Below are positions 51,975 to 62,101 of a stretch of DNA of 64,000 nt, piece by piece. The position numbers were made by a program, and so were the translations under genes. Source of the DNA: Candidatus Eiseniibacteriota bacterium (lineage in GTDB: Bacteria; Eisenbacteria; RBG-16-71-46); the NCBI GenBank assembly GCA_963725865.1, contig CAVSAC010000010.1, forward strand, positions 320,001 through 384,000, written 5' to 3'. The first letter of the stretch is position 1. Each line of letters opens with the position of its first letter. The notes under the pieces were generated by a model. That model worked only from the letters and a program-made list of their open reading frames with translations, made no database searches and was not told the origin of the DNA.

Positions 51975-52673
51975 TCACACCACCTGGCCGAACAGCCGGC
52001 CGACCAATGCGGTCAATGCCATGGCCAGTGCGCCCCAGAACGCCACCCTCAGCGCGCCGCGGGCCCGGTTCGCGCCACCCACTCCTGCCGCCAGGCTGCC
52101 CAAGCCGGCCAGGAGCAGCAACGAACTCGCCGAGACCAGCAGGATGATCCGGCGCTCGGGCACCATCCACGCGACGACGAGCGGCAGGGCGGCGCCCACC
52201 GCGAAACTCGCCGACGAGGCGAGCGCGGCCTGGACGGGGCGCGCGGCGTGCATCTGCGACAAGCCCAGCTCGTCGCGGGCGTGCGCGACAAGCGCGCCGC
52301 TCGCGGTGAGCTGCTCCGCGACGCGATGGGCGAGCTCGGGGTCGAGGCCGCGGCCCGTGTAGATCGACTGGAGCTCCTGCAGCTCGCGCTCCGGGCTCGC
52401 CTCCAGCTCTCGGCTCTCCCGGGCGAGGTCCGCCTTCTCGGTGTCCGACTGCGAGCTCACGGAGACGTACTCGCCCGCCGCCATCGACATCGCGCCGGCA
52501 ACCAGCCCCGCGACGCCCGCGACCAGGACGGCCTGCCGTCCGCTCGCCGCCGCAGCAACACCGACGACCAGGCTGGCCGTGGACACGATCCCGTCATTCG
52601 CGCCGAGCACCGCGGCCCTCAGCCAACCGATCCTCTGACTGAAATGCCTTTCGAGGTGGATGGACGCTCCCAT
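51975..52673 (-). CDS. VIT1/CCC1 family Fe/Mn transporter
   Basis: WLRAAVLGANDGIVS and AGAMSMAAGEYVSV. Confidence 0.92.
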   Translation of the reverse strand: MGASIHLERHFSQRIGWLRAAVLGANDGIVSTASLVVGVAAAASGRQAVLVAGVAGLVAGAMSMAAGEYVSVSSQSDTEKADLARESRELEASPERELQELQSIYTGRGLDPELAHRVAEQLTASGALVAHARDELGLSQMHAARPVQAALASSASFAVGAALPLVVAWMVPERRIILLVSASSLLLLAGLGSLAAGVGGANRARGALRVAFWGALAMALTALVGRLFGQVV

Positions 52674-52947
52674 TGCGGCTCCTTCGTGCGTGCCCACCGC
52701 CCCGGCTTGCGGTGCCGGAACCGGGCCGCGTCGATGTGTTTCCCCACTCCGGCGTCCTCGAGACCGATCGCGCCGCCTGACCATCGATGTCGTCACCCGG
52801 CCGCCGAGCAGCCACCAGGCCCACCGCGCAGGCGCCGAACGACCGGGCGCGCGCCGCGAGCACGCAGTATCGACCTCGCACTCCACCGCCGCAATCGTGC
52901 CCCGGCTCGGAGCTGCTCCCCTGCTCGACGGGGCCGGACCCCGGTGC

Positions 52948-53982
52948 TCACTGCCGGTCGGCGGCGCGTTCCTTCACGGGCACGCGCCGCTCGCGCCGCC
53001 ACGCCCCGGGGGCGACGCCCACCACGCGGCGGAACGCGCGCGAGAACGCCGCTTCGCTCTCGTAGCCGACGTCGAGTGCGATCTCGAGGATCTTCTCGTC
53101 CGTGTCGCGCAGGCGCGCTGCGGCGAGCTGCATGCGCCACTGCGCGAGGTATTGCATGGGCGGCTGACCGATGAAGTGCACGAACCGCTCGTGAAGCACG
53201 GAGCGCGAGAGGCCTGCTTCCTCGCCGAGCCGCTCGAGCGCCCAGGCCTCACTGGGCCGCTCGTGCAGCAGCGCGAGCGCCCGGCCGACCCCCGGATCGC
53301 GCACGCCTGCAAGCCAACCGGTCTGCCCGGGCGGCAGGCCGTCCAGGTGGCGGCGCAGGACCTCGACGAACAGCATCTCGCTCATGCGCTCGAGCACCGC
53401 CTCGCCCCCGGGTCGCCTCCGGTTCGACTCGTCCACGGCCGACCTCAGGAAGTGCGAGACCCACGACGCCTGCCCTGCCGCGATCCCCGGCATGCGCAGC
53501 ACGCGGGGCAGCGCCGTGAGCAGCGGGTTGTACGGCTTGGCATCGCAACCCAGGAAGCCGCATACGATGGTTGCGCGTTCGCGGCCGCCTCCATCGAGCC
53601 GGGCGGTGGTCACGCCCTGCTCGTCGACGCTGAGCGAGTAGGGCAGCTGGGGCGGTCGCGGTGCGAAGTACATCCCCACGTCCACCTCGCTGGCCCGCAT
53701 CCCGGGCGCGCTCGACATCACGTGTGGGTCGCCCTGCGGAAACAGGATGACGTCGCCCACCTCGAGGCGCACTGGCGGCTGGCCGACGATCGCCGCCCAG
53801 CACGCGCCCTCCGCGACACCGTGGAACTCGATCATGTGCTCGGCGCCGGGCATGATCGCTGGAATGATCTCGCGAGCCGCGGGAACCTCGGCGACCCACG
53901 GATCCGCGCCCTCGATGTAGTAGAAGAGCGCCCCCCGCAGCCGCACGGCGCGCAGCAGATCGGACAGCACGTCGCCGCTCAT
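52948..53982 (-). CDS. AraC family regulator with cupin domain
   Basis: DVLSDLL..VRL.G and VGYESEAAFSRAF. Confidence 0.92.
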   Translation of the reverse strand: MSGDVLSDLLRAVRLRGALFYYIEGADPWVAEVPAAREIIPAIMPGAEHMIEFHGVAEGACWAAIVGQPPVRLEVGDVILFPQGDPHVMSSAPGMRASEVDVGMYFAPRPPQLPYSLSVDEQGVTTARLDGGGRERATIVCGFLGCDAKPYNPLLTALPRVLRMPGIAAGQASWVSHFLRSAVDESNRRRPGGEAVLERMSEMLFVEVLRRHLDGLPPGQTGWLAGVRDPGVGRALALLHERPSEAWALERLGEEAGLSRSVLHERFVHFIGQPPMQYLAQWRMQLAAARLRDTDEKILEIALDVGYESEAAFSRAFRRVVGVAPGAWRRERRVPVKERAADRQ

Positions 53983-54128
53983 CGTCTCCCCCGCAACTCA
54001 CCGCCAGCGTCGATCGGTTCCGGACGCTCGGTCAATAGTTCGCGACTCCCGGCAAGGCGGGACTATCGCGGTTTACGGCATGTTCCGCACGTGGGAATTG
54101 GCCCACGCCACTCCAACGGAGACCTGCC

Positions 54129-54956
54129 ATGAAGACTCTCGGCAACACCCCCCACCTCGACCTCGAAGCCATCAAGTCGCGCCAGCAGGCCACGTGGGCA
54201 TCCGGCGACTTCGGCCGGATCGGTGTCCGTCTCCAGATCGTCGGCGAATCGCTGTGCGAGGCCGTGGACCTGCGCGCCGGCGACAACGTGCTCGACGTGG
54301 CCGCCGGCAACGGCAACGCCTCGCTGGCGGCGGCCCGCCGATTCGCGGACGTGACCTCGATCGACTACGTGCCGGAGCTGCTCGAGCAGGGACTCCGCCG
54401 CGCCGAGGCCGAGGGTCTGCCGATCCTCACGCGCGTCGCCGATGCCGAGAACCTGCCGTTCGCGGACGGCGAGTTCGACGTGGCTCTCTCGACCTATGGC
54501 GTGATGTTCGCCCCGGACCAGGAACGCGCGGCGGCCGAGCTGATCCGCGTCGTGCGGTCGGGCGGCCGCATCGGGCTCGCGAACTGGACGCCCGACGGCT
54601 TCATCGGCGAGCTCTTCCGCCTCGTCGCCCGCTTTGTGGCACCGCCACCGGGTCTGAGGTCGCCCGCCGCGTGGGGCACCGAGACGCGCATCGTCGAGCT
54701 GTTCGGCACCCGCGCGACCGACATCCGCACCGAGCGCAAGCAGTTCGTCTTCCGAAACCTGTCCGCGGAACACTGGATCGACGTGTTCCGCCGCTACTAC
54801 GGGCCGCTGCTCAAGGCGTACGAGGCGCTCGACGCCGCCGGACAGCAGGAGCTGCATGCCGCTCTCCTCGACCTGCTCGAGCGGCACAACCGCGGTGGGC
54901 GCGAGGCGCTGATCGTGCCGGGCGACTACCTCGAAGTCGTCGTCCAATGCACGTGA
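54129..54956 (+). CDS. Class I SAM-dependent methyltransferase
   Basis: VLDVAAGNGN, DAENLPF.D..FD, GVMFAPD and LANWTP. Confidence 0.92.
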   Translation: MKTLGNTPHLDLEAIKSRQQATWASGDFGRIGVRLQIVGESLCEAVDLRAGDNVLDVAAGNGNASLAAARRFADVTSIDYVPELLEQGLRRAEAEGLPILTRVADAENLPFADGEFDVALSTYGVMFAPDQERAAAELIRVVRSGGRIGLANWTPDGFIGELFRLVARFVAPPPGLRSPAAWGTETRIVELFGTRATDIRTERKQFVFRNLSAEHWIDVFRRYYGPLLKAYEALDAAGQQELHAALLDLLERHNRGGREALIVPGDYLEVVVQCT

Positions 54957-55039
54957 TGACGCGCGCCGCTCGATCGGTTACGGTCCACGATCGACCACGG
55001 CCGCGAGAATGTTCCACTCAGGAGGAGACTCGTCGCCAT

Positions 55040-55432
55040 GCCCGCTGCGATCGTCCACGTCGCGCCCGCGATCGTGTTGTTCCGGGTGCCGATGACGCCA
55101 CCACCCGCGTGAGCCGACTGGCCGCCGTTCGGCCGTGCCGTCTGCGCCGCTCCCGGCGACCAGGAGGGTCCCCGCATCGTCTTGGATGGCAGGTCCGGAG
55201 CGATCGTCACCTGACAGGTTCTTGGCAACGGTGCGGTCGGCAGCTTCGCCCAGCACGTGCTGGCCTCGGGCGAGGTGGACGCGGTCTGGCACACCGACGG
55301 CCGGGCGCGGTGGACCGACCCGCTGGCGCTGGCGACCGCCGGTCCGGGCGGGTCGTCGGCAACGGTATCTATTTCGCGCGACTCGAGGCCGAAGGTCGCC
55401 TACTCTCACGGAAGCTGGCCGCCCCGAAGTAG
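55040..55432 (+). pseudogene. Collapsed remnant of a SDGAGGA-repeat/FlgD-Ig protein
   Basis: ADWPPFGRAVCAAPGDQEGPRIVLDGRSGAIVT* followed shortly by GIYFARLEAEGRLLSRKL. Confidence 0.55.
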
Positions 55433-55555
55433 TCGACCTCCGCCATCGATCCAGCCCCACCGGTCCACCGCAGTCCCGAGTCACGAACGCGGCAGCGTCC
55501 AATCACCGTCGAGCCGCTGGGCGCGATGCGTCGCTACCAACCAAGGGAGGAGACC

Positions 55556-56941
55556 ATGACGCAACTGCAGCCAGCCAGGGTCCAGGAGTTGAGAAAGGGT
55601 TTCAGCGGAGACGTGCTGCTTCCAAGCGACGGCGCCTATGAAAGCGCGCGCAAGATCTGGAACGCGATGATCGACAAGCGCCCCGCGGTCATCGCTCGCT
55701 GCGCCACCACCTCGGACGTGGTCCACGCAGTGAACTTCGCGAGGGACAACCGCCTCGTGCTCGCCATCCGCGGCGGCGGGCACAACATCGCCGGCAACGC
55801 CGTGTGCGACGACGGCATCGTCATCGACCTGTCGCGGATGAAGGCCGCCACCGTCGATCCCGCCGCGCGCCGCGTGACCATCGAAGGCGGCGCCACGCTC
55901 GCGGACCTCGACTCTGCCACCCAGGCCCACGGCCTCGCCACTCCGGTCGGCATCAACTCCACCACCGGCGTTGCCGGACTCACGCTCGGCGGCGGCTTCG
56001 GCTGGCTGAGTCGCAAGCACGGCATGACGGTCGACAACCTCGAGTCCGCCGAGGTCGTGACTGCGACCGGCGAGGTCGTGCGCGCCAGCGCGACCCAGCA
56101 CCCCGACCTGTTCTGGGCGCTTCGCGGCGGCGGCGGCAACTTCGGCGTGGTCACCCGCTTCGAGTTCCGGCTCCATCCCGTCGGCCCCGACGTGCTGAGC
56201 GGACTCATCGTGTACCCGATCTCCGAGGCGAAGTCGGTGCTGCAGCAGTACCGCGATTTCCTCGCCAAGGCGCCAGAGGCGCTCTCCGTGTGGACGGTGC
56301 TGCGCCTGGCACCGCCCCTGCCGTTCCTCCCCGAGGCGGTCCACGGCAAGGGGATCATCGCGCTCGCGCTGATCTATGCGGGTGACCCGAAGCAGGGTGA
56401 GCCCCTCATCGAGCCGCTGCGCAAGTTCGGCCACCCCGTGGGCGAGCATGTCGGCGTTCAGCCGTACGGCGCCTGGCAGCAGGCGTTCGACCCGCTGCTC
56501 ACCCCCGGCGCGCGCAATTATTGGAAGTCCCACAATTTCTCGACGCTCAAGGACGGCCTCTTCGACGCAGTCCTCGAGTACATCGGGAAGCTCCCGTCGC
56601 CCCAGTGCGAGATCTTCTTCGGCGCGATCGGCGGTGCCACGACCAGGCCGACGCCGGATTCCGCGGCGTACCCGCATCGCGACGCTCAGTTCGTCATGAA
56701 CGTCCACGGCCGCTGGGAGGACGCGGCCGACGACCAGCGCTGCATCGGCTGGGCTCGCGACTTCTTCAAGGCCTCGGCGCCCTTCGCCAGCAGCGGCGTC
56801 TACGTCAACTTCCTCACCGCCGACGAAGGCGATCGGGTGCGTACCGCCTACGGTTCGAACTACGATCGACTCGCCCAGGTGAAGCACCAGTACGATCCGA
56901 ACAACCTCTTTCGCGTGAATCAGAACATCGAGCCGGCCTGA
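55556..56941 (+). CDS. FAD-binding oxidoreductase (berberine-bridge type)
   Basis: RGGGHN, GLTLGGG.G, DLFWALRGGGGNFGVVT, YVNF and K..YDP.NLF. Confidence 0.93.
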   Translation: MTQLQPARVQELRKGFSGDVLLPSDGAYESARKIWNAMIDKRPAVIARCATTSDVVHAVNFARDNRLVLAIRGGGHNIAGNAVCDDGIVIDLSRMKAATVDPAARRVTIEGGATLADLDSATQAHGLATPVGINSTTGVAGLTLGGGFGWLSRKHGMTVDNLESAEVVTATGEVVRASATQHPDLFWALRGGGGNFGVVTRFEFRLHPVGPDVLSGLIVYPISEAKSVLQQYRDFLAKAPEALSVWTVLRLAPPLPFLPEAVHGKGIIALALIYAGDPKQGEPLIEPLRKFGHPVGEHVGVQPYGAWQQAFDPLLTPGARNYWKSHNFSTLKDGLFDAVLEYIGKLPSPQCEIFFGAIGGATTRPTPDSAAYPHRDAQFVMNVHGRWEDAADDQRCIGWARDFFKASAPFASSGVYVNFLTADEGDRVRTAYGSNYDRLAQVKHQYDPNNLFRVNQNIEPA

Positions 56942-57045
56942 GAGGGCAGGATGCCGGGAGGAATCGGGCCAGCGGGCGGCGCACCACGCCGTCCGCTGGC
57001 CCGGTCCGTTCACTGTCCCTCCGCTGTACCCGACGCGGGCCCGGG

Positions 57046-57489
57046 TCACATCTGTCGGGCGTGAGCCACCAACTGGTCAAGGGCCTTGCCCCAACCGGTG
57101 TGGAAGCCCATCTCCTCGTGCCGCTTTCGCGACGCCTCGTCCCGGTGGATGGCCGTGGCCGTGTACCGGGTCCTCGTCCCTCGCGCCTCCAGCGTCACGA
57201 TCGCGGTGAAGAACGGATTCTCCGCGGGCCGGTACCCGGGAAGCAACGCGTCGGTCCACACCAGCCGCTCGTTCGGAACGACTTCCAGGTAGCAGCCGAC
57301 GTTCGGGAACTCCTGCCCCTCCGGCGATCGCATCACGGTTCGAAAGATGCCCCCGGGCCGCAGATCGATCTCGCAGTCCACGACCGTCCAGGGGGCCGGC
57401 GTGAACCACTTGCTGAGCGGTGGTGCGAGCGGCTCGCCCGCGGTCCTCGGGCCCCGCCTCGTCGCGGCGTTCGGGGCGACGACGCACAC
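57046..57489 (-). CDS. SRPBCC/AHSA1 family protein (N-terminus degraded or frameshifted)
   Basis: WFTPAPW....EIDLRPGG.F...[16 protein letters not shown] and [10 protein letters not shown]. Confidence 0.75.
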   Translation of the reverse strand: MCVVAPNAATRRGPRTAGEPLAPPLSKWFTPAPWTVVDCEIDLRPGGIFRTVMRSPEGQEFPNVGCYLEVVPNERLVWTDALLPGYRPAENPFFTAIVTLEARGTRTRYTATAIHRDEASRKRHEEMGFHTGWGKALDQLVAHARQM

Positions 57490-57558
57490 CTGCGATCGAG
57501 CGGGTGACCGGGCGAGCGTGAGGCAGCGGGCGGGCCGCGATCGAGCGCGGGTGCGCCG

Positions 57559-58035
57559 TCACGGGCGCGGCAGCCACCGGTGGACTCGCGCTCGGTACGC
57601 GTCGTAGTCCGGGCCGAAGAGGCGACGCAGAGTGGGCTCCTCGTACACCACCACGAAGATGTGCGAGGCGATGCCGAGCAGGGCCGCGTACACCACCAGT
57701 GCCCACGAGTGATAGACGAGGGAGGCGCCCGCCAGCGCCAGGCCGGCTCCGATGTACATGGGATTGCGGACGAATCGATACGGGCCGCGCACCACCAGTC
57801 TGCGCGGCGGGTCGAAGGGCGCCGGCGTGCCGCGGCCGAGCACCGCGAACGTGAAGACGCACCAGAGGGCCACCAGAGCGCCGCAGAGGGCGACGACGAT
57901 GCCGGCGACCTCGACCGCACCCAGCGTGGCGGGTCGCATCACGCCCGACCACGAGAGCACGCGCGCCGGCAGGAAGACGAGCACCAGCCCGACGAACAGC
58001 GTCGCGTAGGTCACCGCGCGGGCGAGGACGAACAT
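57559..58035 (-). CDS. Isoprenylcysteine carboxylmethyltransferase/PEMT-family membrane protein
   Basis: GRGTPAPFDPP..LV..GPYRFVRNPMY and EEP.L...FG..Y..Y...V.RW. Confidence 0.88.
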   Translation of the reverse strand: MFVLARAVTYATLFVGLVLVFLPARVLSWSGVMRPATLGAVEVAGIVVALCGALVALWCVFTFAVLGRGTPAPFDPPRRLVVRGPYRFVRNPMYIGAGLALAGASLVYHSWALVVYAALLGIASHIFVVVYEEPTLRRLFGPDYDAYRARVHRWLPRP

Positions 58036-58125
58036 GGCAAGCCTCCGAGCGCCCGAGATGAGTCACTCGATCCGCGCGCGGGTGTGCACCCGTCGCGGTG
58101 CCGTCCCGACACCCCCCCGCGCCGG

Positions 58126-59394
58126 CTACTCGTGGCGCAGCGCCTCGATCGGATCGAGCCGCGAGGCCCGGATCGCGGGCAGCATGCCGAAGGAGATCCC
58201 GACCGCCGAGCAGAACGCGAGCCCGATGATGGCCCACTCGAGTGGGACGTGGGGCTCGAAGTGCGTGAAGACGGCGACGAGGTTGCCGAGCCCGAAGCCC
58301 ACCACCACGCCCACGACGCCGCCGATGTTGCACAGCACGACGGCCTCCAGCAGGAATTGCGTGCGGATGCTGGCGGGGCGCGCGCCGAGCGCCTTGCGCA
58401 GGCCGATCTCCCGGGTCCGCTCCGTCACGGCGACCAGCATGATGTTCATGATCCCGATCCCCGCCACGACCAGCGCGATGATGCCGATCACGAAGCCCGC
58501 GAGCTTCACTCCCATGCTCATGCGGTTGAACTGCGTGATCAGGCTCGCGCTGTTGTAGAAGTCGAAGTTGTCCTCCTCGCCCGGCGCGACTCCGCGCGCC
58601 CGCCGCAGGACCTGGCGTGTCTGGTCGATCGCGTCCGTCATCAGCTCGGGGCTCTTCGCCCGCACCGTGATGTTGACCGAGCGGGCCATGCCGTTCCGGT
58701 CGGTCAGGCCATAGACGCTCAGGAACGTCGTGACCGGCATGAGGACGTAGTTGTCGAAGTTCCCGCCGAACGCCGACTTCTTCTCGTCGAACACCCCGAC
58801 CACCCGATACTTGCGATGATCGACGAGGACCTCCCGCCCGACCGGGTCGACGAACGGGAACAACCGCTGCGCGATCGCATGCCCGATGACCACGACCCGG
58901 CCGGCGCCCCGCACGTCCATCGGCGAGAGGTTGCGGCCCAGCCCCACGAAGTGCGTGTTGTTGGGAGCGTACTCGGGCGTGCCGCCGACGATCGAGACGT
59001 TCGGGTTGGTGGTCTCGCCGTGGTACTGCACGACGAATCCGAAGTCCCAGATCTCCGAGCCCACCAGGTCCACCGACCCGACCTGCCTGCGGATGGCGTC
59101 CGCGTTCTCGAGCGTGAGCGGCGGCCGGCGCATCGCACGCCGCCGTTGAGCGTCGGAGGCGAAGCCGCCGGCCGGCCACTTCTGGACCTGGAACGTCTGC
59201 GCGCCGAGGACGCTCATCTCCTTCTCCATGGTGGCCTGGACCAGCGCGATCGCCGTCATCACGGCGATGATGGAGGCGACACCCGCCACGATTCCCACGA
59301 GTGTCAGCACCGACCTCAGCTTGTTGGCGAGCAGGGCATCGAACGACATGAACAGCGTGTCAAAGGGCTGCACGGGTTCCTCCTCCGCGCTCAC
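58126..59394 (-). CDS. MacB/FtsX-family ABC transporter permease
   Basis: NKLRS.LT, GIGIMNIMLV.VTERTREIG.RKALGA and LDPIEALR.E. Confidence 0.92.
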   Translation of the reverse strand: MSAEEEPVQPFDTLFMSFDALLANKLRSVLTLVGIVAGVASIIAVMTAIALVQATMEKEMSVLGAQTFQVQKWPAGGFASDAQRRRAMRRPPLTLENADAIRRQVGSVDLVGSEIWDFGFVVQYHGETTNPNVSIVGGTPEYAPNNTHFVGLGRNLSPMDVRGAGRVVVIGHAIAQRLFPFVDPVGREVLVDHRKYRVVGVFDEKKSAFGGNFDNYVLMPVTTFLSVYGLTDRNGMARSVNITVRAKSPELMTDAIDQTRQVLRRARGVAPGEEDNFDFYNSASLITQFNRMSMGVKLAGFVIGIIALVVAGIGIMNIMLVAVTERTREIGLRKALGARPASIRTQFLLEAVVLCNIGGVVGVVVGFGLGNLVAVFTHFEPHVPLEWAIIGLAFCSAVGISFGMLPAIRASRLDPIEALRHE

Positions 59395-60630
59395 TCATAG
59401 CGGAGCGCCTCGACGGGATCCATGCGGGCCCCCCGGTAGGCGGGCGCCACGCCGGCCGCCACGCCGACGAGGATCGACACCAGGACGGCGATCCCCAGGA
59501 TCGGCAGGGACAGGCTCGCCGGCATGAGCGTGGCGTTGATCACGGCCGTCAGGATCGCGGCCAGCGCGATCCCGATCACCCCGCCCGAGCAGGCAGATGG
59601 CGGAGGACTCGATCAGGAACTGCAGCAGGATGCTCCGGCGCGTCGCACCGATCGCCTTGCGGATGCCGATCTCGCGGGTCCGCTCGGTGACGGAGACCAG
59701 CATGATGTTCATGACGCCCACCGCGCCGACGAACAACGAGATGCTGGTGACCAGGAGCCCGACCAGGAGCACGACGCCCATGACGTTGTTGAAGGTCCCG
59801 ACCAGGGTGTCGAGCTTGTTGATCGAGAAGTTGTCGGGCTCGGACGGGCGCAGCATCCGGACCTTCCGCATCTCGCCGATCACCTCGTACTCGAGATCCC
59901 CCATCGCCTCCTGGCTGGGCGCCTTGATCGCCACGTTGACGTCCACGTGGCCCCGGCGGCCGCCGAAGGTCCGCACGTACGAGGTGATCGGGATGTAGAT
60001 CTGCCGGTCGAAGTTCGGGCCGCCGAGGAAGCTCCCGCCCTGCTTCTCCATCACGCCGATGACGCGGAAGTCGCTGCGGCCGATCTGGAGCGTCCTGTGA
60101 ACCGGGTCGGTGCCCCTGAAGAGGCCGTCCCGGATGTCGCTCCCGATCACGCAGACGTTCTTCTTGTAGTTCACGTCGAATGGCATCAGGAAGCGTCCGC
60201 TCTGCGGCTGGGCGCTGGAGAGCTGGGACTGCTTCTCGGTCGTGCCGATGATCGTCACGGCCTCGATGGTCTCGGACCGGAACTGGACGTCGACCCGGCT
60301 GTCCAGCGTGGGGTTCACGAGGGCCCTGCCCCGCAGGCGCTCCTCCAGGGCCTGGGCCTCCGAGAGGTCGAGATTCGGGCGGTTGCGGTACAGGAAGAAG
60401 TCGTTCATGACGACCCACGGCATGCGCGAGACGTAGATCACGTCGGTGCCGACCGCGGAGAAGCTCTCGCGGAACCGGTTCTGCAGCCCGTTCACCGCGG
60501 TCATCGTGGTCACGACCGCGACGATGCCGATGATGATCCCAAGCGTCGTCAGGGCGCCCCGGACCTTGTTGGCCAGGAGCGCGCCGAGGGCGATGTGGAG
60601 CGCCTCGCGCAGTCCTTGAAGCAGCCTCAT
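59391..60630 (-). CDS. MacB/FtsX-family ABC transporter permease (frameshift near 59580)
   Basis: GVMNIMLVSVTERTREIGIRKAIGA; C-terminus MDPVEALRYE in an adjacent frame. Confidence 0.88.
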
Positions 60631-60643
60631 CCCGATCGGACTC

Positions 60644-61913
60644 CTATTCCCGCGGCCTGCTCGCGTCCAGCTTGTCGGGCTTCTTCTCGTTGTTGATCTT
60701 CACCTCGGCGCCGTTCTCGAGGTCCTTCGAGATCGCGCGGTAGCTCCCGGAGACGACCTCGTCCCCCTCCTTGAGGCCGTCGAGGATCTCGATCAGCTCG
60801 TCGCTCTGGATGCCGGTCTTGACCTGCCGGGCGACCGCCCGACCGTTCTCGATGCAGAACACCACCTCCACGAAGCCGTCCCGGTCCGGCTTGAAGCGCG
60901 CCTCGGCATCCTTGCGCTTCTCGCCCTTCTTCATGAGCTGGTCGACGGTCCGGAGCGCGACGCTCTGCAGGGGCACGCTGAGGGCGTGAGGATTGGTGCT
61001 CGTCACGATGTCCGCGCTGGCCGTCATACCTGGCCGTAGCGTCTTGGGCGGGAGCGCTGATCCCGATCTTGATCTCGAATTCGGTCTTCTGCTCGCTGGT
61101 GCCCGAGGCCGATGCGTTGGCGCTGCTGCTGATCTCGTGCACGGTGCCCTTCAGCCGCTGGTCGAGCAGGGCATCCGCCTCGATCTCCGCCGGCTGGCCG
61201 ACCTTGATGGAGACGATGTCATTCTCGTCCACGTTGACCTGCGCTTCCATCTCCGAGAGATCCGCGATCACCAGGATGACGTCCGCCTGGAACTGGGATC
61301 CGAGGGCGATCTCGCCCTCCTCCTTGTTCAACTCGCTCACCGTGCCCGCCATGGGCGCGTAGATCGTGGTCTTGGACAGGTCGTCCCGGGCCTGCTTGAG
61401 CGCGGCCTGCGCCTGCTCCACCTGCTCGAGGCCGGACTTGTAGCGCGCCGACTCGACCTGGTAGGTGGTCTGCTTGGTGTCGAAGTCCGACTGCGACTCC
61501 AGCTCCTTCGCCATCAGGTCCTTCGACCGCGCGAACTCCTTCTGGGCCCGATCCATGTTCTGCCGGGTGAGCGTGGCGTTGGCCTGCACCGACCTCACGT
61601 TCGCCTCCGCGCTCTCGACGGCCGCCAGATAGCGCTCGCGGTCCAGGCCGACCAGGAACGCGCCCTTCTCGACCCACTGACCCTCGACGACCGCGAGCTT
61701 GCGGATCTTCGCGCTCACGTCCGCGCTGATCTTGATCTGGGTCCGCGGCTGGATCTTGCCGGTGGCGCTGACCTTCTGCACGATCTCCTGCCGGCTCACC
61801 TTCGCGCTCTGGACCTCGAGTGCCTTGTGCGCGCGGCCGCGCACGGCCGCGATCGCGGCGACGGCGCCCACCACGACCACGGCGGCGCCCACCCACAGAA
61901 CTCGTCGTTTCAT
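60644..61913 (-). CDS. MacA-like periplasmic adaptor (efflux MFP subunit; frameshift near 61040)
   Basis: VSATGKIQP, TTIYAPMAGTV, VDENDI..IKVGQ, then MTASADI...VKTGI.....IEI..GL.EGD.VV. Confidence 0.88.
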
Positions 61914-62101
61914 CGTCCCGCGGTCTCCCTGATCCTGTGCGTTTGGACATCCGGGGCGCTCCAGGGCGCCAAACGCGAGTACGGCGAAGGCGGGCAGAAG
62001 GTTACCGTGCCGGTGGCCGAGGGTCCATGAATCGATCAGCGGCCGCCCCGGGTGGACGGCCGCCGACCGACGCGAACACCGGGATCCGCGGGCTTCCCCC
62101 G

